In this document: in pieces, positions 20,428-30,617 of the stretch
Layout: each line of letters begins with the position of its first letter
Numbering within the stretch: position 1 is the stretch's first letter
Assembly: GCA_963777935.1 (NCBI GenBank)
Contig: CAVZSL010000003.1
Location: forward strand, 19,957 to 83,956
Direction of reading: 5' to 3'
Length of the DNA stretch: 64,000 nt
From: an uncultured Chloroflexia bacterium
Lineage (GTDB): Bacteria > Chloroflexota > Anaerolineae > Anaerolineales > UBA4823
Position numbers and translations under genes: made by a program
Notes under the pieces: generated by a model
What the model was told of the DNA's origin: nothing
Seen by the model: only the letters and a program-made list of their open reading frames with translations
Database searches by the model: none

Positions 20428-21073
20428 ATGGAAATTACCTGGCATGGTTTATCATGTTTTCGCCTGACCGAACGTAATCTGGCAACGGTTGTCACTGATC
20501 CATTCGATAGTCAGGCTACTGGTTATGAACCACTAAAACTCAGGGCGGATATCGTCACGGTCAGTCATGAAGCTCCAGGGCATAATTATATATCAGCGGT
20601 AAAGGGATATTCACGTCTGATCAACACACCGGGTGAATTTGAGATCGGTGGCGTATTCATCACAGGCATCCAAACCAATGGATATGGGAAGCATGATTCT
20701 AGATGAGCCGCGCAACACTCTATATGTTTTCGACTATGAAGGAGTAACCGTTGCCCATCTGGGAGATCTACGCCGTGTGCCTAGCCAAACCGAGATTGAG
20801 GCATTGGGTACCGTGCACATTGCCCTGGTGCCCGTGGGTGGTGGTGGTGGGCTGAATGCTGCCAAGGCAGCTGAGGTGGTCAGCCTACTGGAGCCTGGAT
20901 TCGTTATCCCCATGCATTATGGGACATCCTCCTGCAATATCAAGCTGGCACCACTCGGTAAATTCCTCAAAGAAATGGGATTGGGTGACATTGAACCTCA
21001 GGCATCCATCAAAGTAACTAAAAGCATAATCCCCGATGAGACACGCGTGGTAGTGCTGGGATACCAGCATTGA
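20428..21073 (+). pseudogene. MBL-fold metallo-hydrolase (UPF0173-like), frame change near 20690-20706
   Basis: The N-terminal 92-aa ORF (MEITWHGLSCFRLTE...GVFITGIQTNG) continues in the +1 frame (..EPRNTLYVFDYEGVTVAHLGDL...VIPMHYG..). The total length is 3n+1. Confidence 0.8.
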
Positions 21074-21091
21074 TCATAATGGAGTAGTATC

Positions 21092-21394
21092 GTGACCGTA
21101 AAGCTAATCATGACCTGGGATATCACCCCTGGCAGGGAGCAGGAATACTTCGAATTTGTGGTGCGCGAATTCATCCCACAGGTTCAGCAGCTGGGGATGG
21201 AGCTTAAAGATGCATGGCTCACCATGTACGGCAACCAACCACAGATCATGGCTTCAGCTCAAATGCCTGATTTGCCAGCCATGCAGGGCATCTTGGATTC
21301 AAAAGAATGGCAGGGACTGGTTAACCGTTTGTTGGACTATGTTGAAAATTATCAATTTAAAGTCGTCCCAGCCCGCGCAGGCTTCCAGATTTGA
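21092..21394 (+). CDS. hypothetical protein (100 aa)
   Basis: GTG start with GGAG 8 nt upstream and coding-like composition. No family recognised. Confidence 0.45.
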   Translation: MTVKLIMTWDITPGREQEYFEFVVREFIPQVQQLGMELKDAWLTMYGNQPQIMASAQMPDLPAMQGILDSKEWQGLVNRLLDYVENYQFKVVPARAGFQI

Positions 21395-21454
21395 GACCAG
21401 GCATTTGCAGAGGTGGCCAGGTATACCCCTAACTTTTCTCCCGTGTAGAGGTCT

Positions 21455-22054
21455 ATGACAAACATGGTATTACTCTGGCAAATTTTTGTCTTGTTCACCC
21501 GCGTGGCGATGTTCTCCTGGGGAGGTGGTCCCGCTTCACTTGCCCTGATGCAGCGAGAGACCACAACAGCCTCCTGGACTCCACCAGGCCAGACTGAACC
21601 TGTCCCATGGATCACTCCGGAAGAATTTGCAGATGCGGTTGCATTAGGTAATGCTATCCCTGGGCCGATCGCCCCGCAGGTTTCTGCATATGTAGGCTAC
21701 AAGCTAGCTGGTGTGCCTGGTGCTGTTTCTGCTGCAGTTGGGACGGTGATTCCAACCACTCTGCTGATGCTGATCTTGGTTGCAGCCTTTTTTGGGGTTA
21801 AGAATAGTCCCGCAGTTAAAGCGATGCTCCAGGCAGTCCGACCTGTGGTGGTGGGATTGCTGCTGTGGACAGCGTACGATATGGCGGTTTCGGTCTTCGG
21901 TGCCAAGAAACTGGGATGGGGGCAGGCATTAACCCAAGGTTGGGATAAACTGCTGTTTGTAATTGCCGCATTTGTATTATTGACCTTCACCAAGATCAAT
22001 CCAGCCCTGATCATCCTGGGGACAGCTATCCTCGGCTTGATCTTGTATCACTGA
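21455..22054 (+). CDS. chrA: chromate transporter (short CHR family)
   Basis: 199-aa polytopic ORF with FSWGGGPASLALMQRE and AIPGP motifs typical of CHR. Confidence 0.8.
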   Translation: MTNMVLLWQIFVLFTRVAMFSWGGGPASLALMQRETTTASWTPPGQTEPVPWITPEEFADAVALGNAIPGPIAPQVSAYVGYKLAGVPGAVSAAVGTVIPTTLLMLILVAAFFGVKNSPAVKAMLQAVRPVVVGLLLWTAYDMAVSVFGAKKLGWGQALTQGWDKLLFVIAAFVLLTFTKINPALIILGTAILGLILYH

Positions 22055-22099
22055 AACACACCTGGCAGCTCACATACCCAAGTTATAGGATTAATCACC

Positions 22100-23175
22100 C
22101 TGAAATACGACCTGTTCTCAAAGCGTTTACTCAGCTGGTATGCAGACCATGCACGCACACTCCCCTGGCGGGGTAATCCTGACCCATATGCCATCTGGAT
22201 TTCTGAGGTGATGCTCCAGCAAACGCGCGTTGAGACAGTAATCCCTTACTTTGAGCGGTGGATGATGCGCTTTCCCACCATCCTTTCCTTAGCATCGAGC
22301 TCGTTACAGGAAGTGTTGGCAGTATGGGAAGGCCTTGGATATTATGGTCGAGCGCGCAATCTGCATAAAGCTGCCCTCATCGTGATTCAGGAATATGACG
22401 GTGTGCTACCTGATGAAGTGCGATTGCTTCGTAAATTACCCGGTGTTGGGCGCTATACCGCAGGTGCCATTGCTTCAATTGCTTTTGGCTGCGATGAGCC
22501 CACGTTGGATGGCAATGTACGCAGAGTTCTGGCGCGTTACTTCAATGTTAGCGAGGATGCCCGTTCCACAGCTGGAGAAAACCACCTGTGGCAGCTGGCG
22601 GCTCAACACCTGCCAATAGGGCATGCGGGTGATTACAACCAGGCGCTCATGGATCTGGGAGCAGAGCTTGTGTACTCCGAAATCCCCAGATTGCGAACAA
22701 TGTCCGCTCGAGGATACCTGCCAGGCGAAATTGCTCGGAATCCAGGAGCAACGACCGGTGCACCTTCCCAAGCCAGTCATCCCGCACCATATTGTCACAG
22801 CTGCAGTGATCAGCCAGGGGCGATAAGGTGCTGATCGCCTGTCGGCCTCCCCAAGGTTTGCTTGGAGGGATGTGGGAATTTCCGGGTGGTAAGCAGCATG
22901 ATGGTGAAGACTTACCCGCCTGCCTGCGGCGTGAAATATGCGAAGAGCTTGAAGTGGAGATCAAGGTCGGTGAACAGCTGGGGGTATATCAGCATGCGTA
23001 CACCCATTTTCGGGTTACGCTGCATGCCTTCTGGTGTACCTTGCTGGAGGGGGAACCACGTCCCGTCCAGGCTGCGGATGTACGCTGGGTCTCCCCAGCT
23101 GAATTATCACATTACCCAATGGGGAAAATTGATCGCCAGATTTCGCAAATTCTGGTATCATCTACTTCCTTATGA
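22100..23175 (+). pseudogene. mutY: A/G-specific adenine DNA glycosylase MutY, two frame changes and no canonical start codon
   Basis: Frame 2 reads LLSWYADHARTLPWRG..YAIWISEVMLQQTRVETVIPYF...DYNQALMDLGA. Frame 3 reads CTPKSPDCEQCPLEDTCQA (Fe-S cluster loop). Frame 1 reads VLIACRPPQGLLGGMWEFPGGK (NUDIX-like C-terminal domain). The shifts lie near 22665-22672 and in the G4 run 22817-22820. The conserved N-terminus lies upstream of the first GTG/ATG (22208). Confidence 0.85.
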
Positions 23176-24269
23176 CTGACCCATTGCTTGTTGATGCTCA
23201 TCAAGACCTGGCCTGGAACATGCTTTCCTTCAGACGGGATTACACGCTTTCAGCAGCTGAAATCCGGAAGCGGGAAGCAGGTACTTTGGCTCCACAGGTC
23301 AATGGGGATACCCTGCTTGGCTGGCCGGATTATCAGAGCGGAAGGGTTGCGGTGATATTTTCCACCCTGTTTGCTGCACCAACCCGGCATAAACTGGGAG
23401 ATTGGGACCAGCAGTGTTATGCATCAGACCAGGAAGCTCATCTCGTCTACACCCGGCAATTGGATGCTTACGAGCGTTTGGTGGATGAGCACCCAACATC
23501 ATTTCGGATGATCGAAAAGCGAGACGATCTGCAATCAATCCTGACCCATTGGCAACAATCGGACACCACGGAGCATCCGGTTGGTTTGGTAATCCTGATG
23601 GAAGGAGCCGAGGGGGTGCGCGACCCAGCTGAGTTGGAGGATTGGTACCAGCGTGGTGTACGGATTATCGGTCCCGCCTGGGCAGGGACACGCTTTTGCG
23701 GTGGCACTCATGAACCAGGTCCACTTACCAAAGAGGGTTATGCATTACTGGAGCGCATGGCTGAGTTCCACCTCACCCTTGATCTGAGCCACATGGATGA
23801 AAAAGCTGCCTTACAGGCATTGGATACCTACCCGGGTGCGGTCATTGCTTCACATGCAAATGCCCTGGCTAAGCTGGATGGATCAAGCAGTAACCGGCAC
23901 TTGACGGACAGGGTCATCCAAGGTCTGTTGGGGCGGGGAGGAACCATTGGCATTGTACCGTCCAATGGATTCCTGCACCCAGGCTGGAATGAAGCTGGAG
24001 GACGATCGGGTGTTACCCTGGATTTTGTTGTAGCTCAGATGGATTATGTCTGCCAGATGGCAGGAGATGCTTACCATGTAGGTCTTGGTAGTGACTTCGA
24101 TGGAGGTTTCGGCTTGCAGTCGGTCCCTGCAGAGATTGATACCATCGCTGATTTACGAAAAATTATTCCACTTCTGGTTCAAAAGGGGTATACTGAAGTT
24201 GACATTTCCGCAATCCTGGGAGGGAATTGGCTGACTCATCTTCAGAATACCTTACCGGGGGGGATATGA
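23172..24269 (+). CDS. membrane dipeptidase (peptidase M19 family)
   Basis: 365-aa ORF. VDAHQDLAWNM.., ..LDLSHM.., ..ASHANA.., ..LGSDFDG.. are M19 metal-ligand motifs. The ATG overlaps the mutY stop. Confidence 0.85.
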   Translation: MTDPLLVDAHQDLAWNMLSFRRDYTLSAAEIRKREAGTLAPQVNGDTLLGWPDYQSGRVAVIFSTLFAAPTRHKLGDWDQQCYASDQEAHLVYTRQLDAYERLVDEHPTSFRMIEKRDDLQSILTHWQQSDTTEHPVGLVILMEGAEGVRDPAELEDWYQRGVRIIGPAWAGTRFCGGTHEPGPLTKEGYALLERMAEFHLTLDLSHMDEKAALQALDTYPGAVIASHANALAKLDGSSSNRHLTDRVIQGLLGRGGTIGIVPSNGFLHPGWNEAGGRSGVTLDFVVAQMDYVCQMAGDAYHVGLGSDFDGGFGLQSVPAEIDTIADLRKIIPLLVQKGYTEVDISAILGGNWLTHLQNTLPGGI

Positions 24270-24272
24270 CAG

Positions 24273-24734
24273 ATGTCTCCGCCTGTTCGCAAGACGAACG
24301 GGAGATTGCGCATCCGATTAGGCTTGGGGGTAACCATATTAGGCTTTATCATATATCTGCTGGGTGCAGAACCCGGCTTATTTTTCCTAGACCGCAGCCC
24401 GGTGGTCGGTTTTGTACAAATTGCTACCTTCCTGGTGGGATTGGGCTTTATCTGCCTGGGGGGGTATATCAGTCTGGCGGCTTTATGGAATGGTGGACCA
24501 AAATCGATCGCTTCAGATATCGGTTTACGCTTGGTCTGTACGGGTTATGTGATTGCAGTTGCTTGCGGTATGGCGGATATTTTTGGTTTCGGTAGTAACA
24601 ATTACCCAATCATACCGATTTTTGGCATTTATCAACAGCTTGGGGTTCTATTTGGTGAGATTGTCATTGCAGTTGGCTTACTGCTTTTGGTGCCCTTCAA
24701 GAAACCTCGACCACAAATAGGCGAATTACAATAA
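24273..24734 (+). CDS. hypothetical integral membrane protein (about 4 TM)
   Basis: 153-aa hydrophobic ORF starting 4 nt after the dipeptidase stop. Its 3' end overlaps the convergent oxidoreductase gene by 38 nt. Confidence 0.5.
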   Translation: MSPPVRKTNGRLRIRLGLGVTILGFIIYLLGAEPGLFFLDRSPVVGFVQIATFLVGLGFICLGGYISLAALWNGGPKSIASDIGLRLVCTGYVIAVACGMADIFGFGSNNYPIIPIFGIYQQLGVLFGEIVIAVGLLLLVPFKKPRPQIGELQ

Positions 24735-26118
24735 GCGGGGTACTGGAGGGATCAACCATGCGGGCTGATTTTAACACAGCCCCATAGCTAGCCAACATCT
24801 CTTCATTGGTTGCAAATTTAACTGCTGGCAACCCCAGTTTTGCTGCCATAACAGCTTCAGCCTGCGTTAGCTTAAGCAAGTCGGATTTTCGGACGATGGG
24901 CTTGTTGAGCCGGGTCAATTTGGATGTGAATTCATCCATGAGAGCGTCTGGAGCCACCAACCTGGGTGCTGATTGAAGGAATTCGAGCACCGCTCTAGCG
25001 CCATTCTCACCATCTTTGCGTGCCACTCCAACCAATCCACTGCTTGCCTCACGTGACCAACCGGCTACAAATACACGGTCAATTGGGCGGTTAAGGTCCG
25101 GATCATAGGCCTCAAAGGACAAATTCTCCATTGGATAGAGAGGATGGGGATGCTTTACAAAGGCATTCTTTCGAACTGGTAACCCGAACGATTCTTCCAC
25201 TTTATCGCCAATGCAGAATATCACCGTATCCACATCCAGGATCCGTTTTGTACCCAATCTCTGTGCGAGTACCTCCCCTTCCGAACATACCAGGGTCGTG
25301 TTTTCGACCTCCAAGCCAGTAACATACCCCTGCGTATTTCCCAGAATGTGGGTGGGTGATGCCAGGAAGTCGAAATAAAAGCGGGTGTTTGAGATTGGCT
25401 CAAGACCTTTGGGTATGGTGGATAAAATATATTCTTTGGCTTCAACCACATTCTGACCCACCGCATCCGCGATAGGTTGTAAGCGCATCATCTCGGATTC
25501 CAGCTTGTCCAAATCCAGGTTTCGTACCACGATTTTTAGCTCTTCCTTCGTAAATTTGACTTCATTGGGACCTCTTCGCACAACGGAGACCACCTCATCC
25601 ACCTTTAAATCGCGGATCAGCCAATGGGCGATATCCAGCATTACATTCCCCGCACCAATTAAAGCTACACGCTTACCAATATGGTACTCCCTGGTGCTGT
25701 ATGGAGGTAATAAATTGTAATGAAAAACCAGATCCTTGGCATGATAAACACCCATCAGGTTTTCGCCTGGCAATCCCAACCACTTGGTCCCCTGTGCGCC
25801 TACAGTCACCATTAAAGATTGAAACCCAATGGCGCGCAAATCCGACAAACTAAGATCGCCATTTTCACCAACGGTGAGGTTGCCATAATAATCTATCGTG
25901 GGGAGATCCAGGATTTGTTGGAACTGTCTGCGTAGCCCTTCTTTCATTTTGTACTTGTCAAAATAAATGCCATATTCCGCCAATCCACCCGGAATGATAT
26001 CCCGGTTAAGCAACACAACATGTACATCGTTCATGGCAAGGAGTCTGGAGGCGAAAAGACCTGCAGGACCGGCCCCAATGACTGCAACAAGATATCTCCC
26101 AAATGTTTCTTCGGTCAA
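24697..26118 (-). CDS. FAD/NAD(P)-dependent oxidoreductase, adrenodoxin-reductase/FprA-like
   Basis: 473-aa ORF with two dinucleotide folds (VAVIGAGPAGLFAS and VALIGAGNVMLDIA). Confidence 0.75.
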   Translation of the reverse strand: MTEETFGRYLVAVIGAGPAGLFASRLLAMNDVHVVLLNRDIIPGGLAEYGIYFDKYKMKEGLRRQFQQILDLPTIDYYGNLTVGENGDLSLSDLRAIGFQSLMVTVGAQGTKWLGLPGENLMGVYHAKDLVFHYNLLPPYSTREYHIGKRVALIGAGNVMLDIAHWLIRDLKVDEVVSVVRRGPNEVKFTKEELKIVVRNLDLDKLESEMMRLQPIADAVGQNVVEAKEYILSTIPKGLEPISNTRFYFDFLASPTHILGNTQGYVTGLEVENTTLVCSEGEVLAQRLGTKRILDVDTVIFCIGDKVEESFGLPVRKNAFVKHPHPLYPMENLSFEAYDPDLNRPIDRVFVAGWSREASSGLVGVARKDGENGARAVLEFLQSAPRLVAPDALMDEFTSKLTRLNKPIVRKSDLLKLTQAEAVMAAKLGLPAVKFATNEEMLASYGAVLKSARMVDPSSTPLIVIRLFVVEVS

Positions 26119-26379
26119 TTACAAATCTCCTCAAAAAGACGGCTCTCGCCGTCTCAGTGAATTATTACTCTTCATCTTGCACCTGCCTCGGTAAGCAGAA
26201 AAGCGGTTTTTCCCGCCTAAGCAGGAGCCTCTCAATTTTAGCTTGATGAGGTTAAATTCACAAGAGAAATCCTTGAATATTTACAACCTAATACCTTATC
26301 ATTCTAACCCTCGAAAATTAGCTTTCCTAATCAGTCCGTTTGTGCTATATTCAGCTTATATACAATCAGGAGACAAATC

Positions 26380-27220
26380 ATGGATAATGACGGGCCAGTC
26401 GCGCCGGAACCAGAACCAGAAACTAAACCAGACGATCACGTTAGCAACTCCCCCTGAGGCACAACCAGCTGCTGAAGCCGAATCGCAGGGTTATGTGAAT
26501 GAAAATATCACGAGAGCATTTGATCGGGTAAAAATATGGTTTGCACAGGTTAAAGATCGTTACAAGCAATCTCCGCGTCTTCAAAAGGTCGTTTACCAGG
26601 GGAAATTTAAACCTGCTTTTTGGACTGTCACAGCGATATTTTCTCTATTGGTAAATACAATATTCATTGCTTTCCTGATCCTTTTTGGGCATTACTTTTT
26701 TGAGCTTAAAGCACTCGTTGCCGGTGGTCTGGTAACGGAGGTATCCAATAACCTGGCGTTGATGGATAAAGCTCACATTGTCACCACCGTCCCGGTTAAT
26801 ACGACGGTTCAGTTGCAAGACAACCTGCCTGTTGTGTTTGATTTGTCGATCAACCAGAGCACACAATTAGCATTGGCTGAAGACACCCAAATACCGGGTG
26901 CATATATTTATCTGAATAATACACCGGTGTTGACCGATCTCACATTGCCAGCAGGCACTCCCATCCAGGCCAATCTCGATATGACCATCCCTGTTAGCCA
27001 ATCCATACCAGTGGATGTAACTGTCCCCGTCTCGCTGCTGGTACCATTAGACCTGGCGATCGACCAGACCGATTTACACCAATCCATTGTTGGTTTACAA
27101 GGTGCGATTGAGCCCTATAAGGTATTGTTGGCTTCGGAGTTCACTTCAGCTGAGGATTTTCCCTTATGCAACCAATGGTGGTCCGGCTGGCTTTGCAGTG
27201 TCTTTTTTGGACACCGATGA
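26380..27220 (+). CDS. hypothetical membrane-anchored protein; the N-terminus is probably displaced by a 1-nt indel in a C5 run (26450-26454)
   Basis: ATG 26380 has a good SD (AGGAG 26368-26372) and encodes MDNDGPVAPEPEPETKPDDHVSNSP-stop. The long ORF continues in the +1 frame with the same acidic/Pro-rich character (PEAQPAAEAESQGY...), followed by a TM helix. The alternative in-frame start ATG 26387 has no SD. Confidence 0.5.
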
Positions 27221-27273
27221 TCCTGTAATTTTAATAATGACTTCTGCTCTGGATTGTAAAAATTGTACACGAT

Positions 27274-28572
27274 GTGAACTTACCTATGGATGAATCATTT
27301 ACCAAACTAACCCTTCAAAATGGCATGCTGGTGTTATTAAAAGAGATACACACCTCACCGATCATCAGCCAATGGATATGGTACCGCGTCGGCTCGCGGG
27401 ATGAAGTACCGGGATTGACAGGCGCATCGCATTGGGTGGAACATATGATGTTTAAAGGCACTCCGCAATTTCCTCTGGGCGCACTGGACCAGGCGATATC
27501 ACGCGAAGGTGGCTATTTAAATGCTTTTACATTTCTGGATTGGACATCCTTTTTTGTATCACTTCCTGCGGACAAGATTGACCTTGCATTACGCCTGGAA
27601 ACAGACCGAATGTTCAACAGTTTGTTTGAAGAAAACGAGGTCGCTTCTGAGCGGACAGTGGTCATATCGGAGCGCCAGGGAAGCGAAAACGAACCTCTTT
27701 TCCGTTTGAGCGAGGAGGTACAATCCGCTGCATTCAGGGTTCACCCCTATCATCACGAAATTATTGGTGATCTGACCGACTTGTATTCGATCCAGCGCGA
27801 GGATTTATATCGTCATTATCGGACACACTATATTCCCAATAATGCGGTGCTTACCGTTGCAGGAGACTTCGAAACCAAAACCATGCTTGATCGGATAAGA
27901 GAGTTGTTTGAGCCCTTGCCGGTGGGTCCGCAACCGGTACGATTGGAAAGAATAGAACCTCCCCAAGCAGGGGAGAAGCGTGTATCAGTTGAAGGTCCAG
28001 GAGAGACGGTTTACCTGCAGGTTTCATACCGCGCACCCAGGGCGGATGACCAGGACTTTTTTATACTGAATGTATTGGATAGCCTGCTCACGGGTCCAAC
28101 GAATTTAAATATGTTCGGTGGAGGGACCACGAATAAAACAAGCCGCATGTATAAAGCCCTGGTGGAAAAAGAGCTGGCTGTCAGTGTGAACGGAGGTGTT
28201 CAAGCCACCATTGATCCTTACCTGTATACGACGGTGGTCACAGTCCATCCCAAACATACGGCCAGTGATTGCATTGCTGCCATGGAAGCCGAGATCAAAC
28301 GATTGCAGGATGCTCCTCCTCCCAAGGAAGAGCTCGAGCGTGCCATGAAGCAAGCACGCGCCATCTTTGCTTACGGCAGTGAGTCGATATCCAACCAGGC
28401 TTTTTGGCTGGGATTCTCTGAGATGTTCGCCACGATCGATTGGTTTAATTTATATCTTGAACGTCTTGCAACAGTTACCCCGGCTGACGTCCAACGACTT
28501 GCCCAGAGCTGTCTACGACAGCAGAATCGTACCCTGGGTGTCTATCTTCCCAATGAAGCTCCCCAATCATAA
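27274..28572 (+). CDS. M16 family (pitrilysin-like) zinc peptidase, catalytic subunit
   Basis: Inverted zinc motif HWVEHMMFKG (HxxEH). 432 aa. Start is GTG 27274 or ATG 27286. Confidence 0.9.
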   Translation: MNLPMDESFTKLTLQNGMLVLLKEIHTSPIISQWIWYRVGSRDEVPGLTGASHWVEHMMFKGTPQFPLGALDQAISREGGYLNAFTFLDWTSFFVSLPADKIDLALRLETDRMFNSLFEENEVASERTVVISERQGSENEPLFRLSEEVQSAAFRVHPYHHEIIGDLTDLYSIQREDLYRHYRTHYIPNNAVLTVAGDFETKTMLDRIRELFEPLPVGPQPVRLERIEPPQAGEKRVSVEGPGETVYLQVSYRAPRADDQDFFILNVLDSLLTGPTNLNMFGGGTTNKTSRMYKALVEKELAVSVNGGVQATIDPYLYTTVVTVHPKHTASDCIAAMEAEIKRLQDAPPPKEELERAMKQARAIFAYGSESISNQAFWLGFSEMFATIDWFNLYLERLATVTPADVQRLAQSCLRQQNRTLGVYLPNEAPQS

Positions 28573-28623
28573 ATGAAAATAACCTTGTTGCCTTTAACTG
28601 TCTATAACAGGAGTATTTGACCC

Positions 28624-29905
28624 TTGAACAGCCATTCACTTCCTGGTCCTGATACGATCACCCGACGAATTCTTCCCAACGGCATCCTTGTCCTGGTTCG
28701 CCCAAACCCTGGCAGCCTATCTGTGGTTATCAGCGGTTACATTAATGCAGGCGCAATCAGTGAACCGGATGACAAACTTGGTCTGGCTGGTTTCACTGCG
28801 ATGTCGTTAATGCGTGGGACTGCCCAGCATGATTTCCAACAAATCTATGAGGCACTGGAATCGAATGGTGCCAGCCTCGGCATAGATAGTGGAACCCATA
28901 CCGCAGGGTTTTATGGCCATGCTTTGGCAGAGGATCTGGATTTGCTCACCGGCACGCTGGCGGAGGCTTTGCTCCAACCAACTTTTCCTTTGGAACAGGT
29001 GGAACGTTTACGCAATCAGCTACTCACTGGTTTGGCTATCCGCGCTCAAGACACAGCCGAAATGGCTTCCCTCGCCTTTGATGAGCTGGTTTACGCCGGG
29101 CATCCATATCGGCGACCGGAAGATGGGTACCCAGAAACGATACGTGCCATCACCCGCGATGACCTGGTTTTGTTCCATCAAAAGCATTTTGGACCGTCAG
29201 GAATGGTGATTTCCATTGTTGGTGGGGTGGACCCGGAACGGGCTGTGGATTCTGTCACCTCGCTTTCTGGGGGCTTGGAGCAACCCGACCCAGCCGGCAC
29301 CCCCAGAGCTACCGCCATTAAAACCATTAAGTGAGATGATTTCCCGAAAAGTGAATATCCCCGGTAAATCTGAGGCAGATATCGTCATGGGTGTCGCTGG
29401 ACCTCCCAGAAAGTCTCCAGATTTCCTGGCGGCATCCCTAGGGAATAATATTCTTGGACAGTTTGGGATGTTTGGACGCATTGGTGAGTCTGTGAGGGAG
29501 CGCTCTGGATTGGCATATCATGCTTCGTCCAGTCTAAGTGGGGGGATTGGTCCAGGACCCTGGCTTTTCTTTGCGGGTGTCAATCCACAAAACCTTGAAA
29601 AAACCATTTCACTCATACGCCAGGAGATTACCCGTTTTGTCACCGAGCCGGTGACCAATGAAGAGCTTACCGATAGCCAATCCAACTATATTGGCAGGTT
29701 GCCACTTTCCCTCGAATCCAATGGAGGTGTTGCGTCTGCGCTGTTAAATCTTGAGCGTTACAATTTGGGGCTGGATTATTATCAGCGCTATCCAGACTTG
29801 ATCAAGGCAATAACTCCAGCTGAAATCCTGAAGACTGCACAGCATTATCTGAACCCTGACCGCCTGGCAATTGCTACTGCCGGGACATTGGATGATTCCG
29901 AGTAA
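28624..29905 (+). pseudogene. M16 family peptidase, non-catalytic partner subunit, frame change near 29250-29265
   Basis: The 236-aa ORF (..VISIVGGVDPERAVDSV..) continues in the +1 frame (..RFLGAWSNPTQPAPPELPPLKPL...NPDRLAIATAGTL). No HxxEH motif. Length is 3n+1. Confidence 0.85.
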
Positions 29906-29920
29906 TCGGATAGGACAGGC

Positions 29921-30302
29921 ATGTCAACCAGCTTGCGTACCGGTATTGACTTAATCGAAATTCGCCGATTTCAGAGATGCATACCAACGGTATGACCAAC
30001 GCTTATTACAACGTTTATTCACCCCAATCGAGTTGGCTGAAAATGGTGTAAACATGGCGTCACTGGCAGCCCGTTTTGCTGCCAAAGAAGCGGTGGCAAA
30101 AGCGTTTGGCACTGGAATTGGTCGCATCTCCTGGCAGGATATTGAAATCCAGCGAGGATGTTCTGGGGAGCCCATCTTACAACTTCACGCTGCTGCACAG
30201 GAAATGGCAGAAGAACAGCATATCACCACTTGGTCGATAAGCCTGAGCCACACCCACAGGCATGCCATCGCCGTCGTGGTGGCGATGATTGACCAGGCGT
30301 AG
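29921..30302 (+). pseudogene. acpS: holo-[acyl-carrier-protein] synthase, frame change near 29970-29975
   Basis: ATG 29921 gives MSTSLRTGIDLIEIRRF (the GIDLIEI motif), then hits a stop. The +1 frame continues RDAYQRYDQRLLQRLFTPIELAE...LAARFAAKEAVAKAFGTG...ISLSHT. Length is 3n+1. Confidence 0.8.
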
Positions 30303-30398
30303 AACAATTCAATGGAATGACTAAGAAAATCATAGGTCCATTCTTCGGGAATCCAATAATATTACATTACATATCCATCAACAAGAAAGGATTGAAGG

Positions 30399-30617
30399 AT
30401 GGAACAAATAACCCCCTTTGATAAGTTCCTTGAGCTTTTACCATTTATCATCCCGCTGGTCCTGCTTCAGCTGACCTTGATGATTGTAGCCCTGGTGGAT
30501 CTGGTTCGCCGTGAAAAGACGCGTGGGCCGAAATGGGTTTGGACATTAGTGATCATATTTGGCGAGCTGATTGGACCCATCATCTATCTTAATCTTTGGG
30601 CGAGAGGATTAACTTGA
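30399..30617 (+). CDS. PLDc_N-domain small membrane protein (YxlE-like)
   Basis: 72-aa, 2-TM ORF with LVDLVRRE....PKWVWTLVIIFGELIGPIIYL, typical of the PLD-nuclease N-terminal (cardiolipin synthase N-terminal) domain. Its stop overlaps the start of the ABC ATPase gene (TGATG). Confidence 0.7.
   Translation: MEQITPFDKFLELLPFIIPLVLLQLTLMIVALVDLVRREKTRGPKWVWTLVIIFGELIGPIIYLNLWARGLT

Noticed and set aside
21156-21458. Alternative 100-aa ORF overlapping the 21092-21394 ORF in another frame
   Set aside because: It has Trp/Cys/Arg-rich composition and no SD. The 21092 frame has a GGAG SD and a more protein-like sequence.
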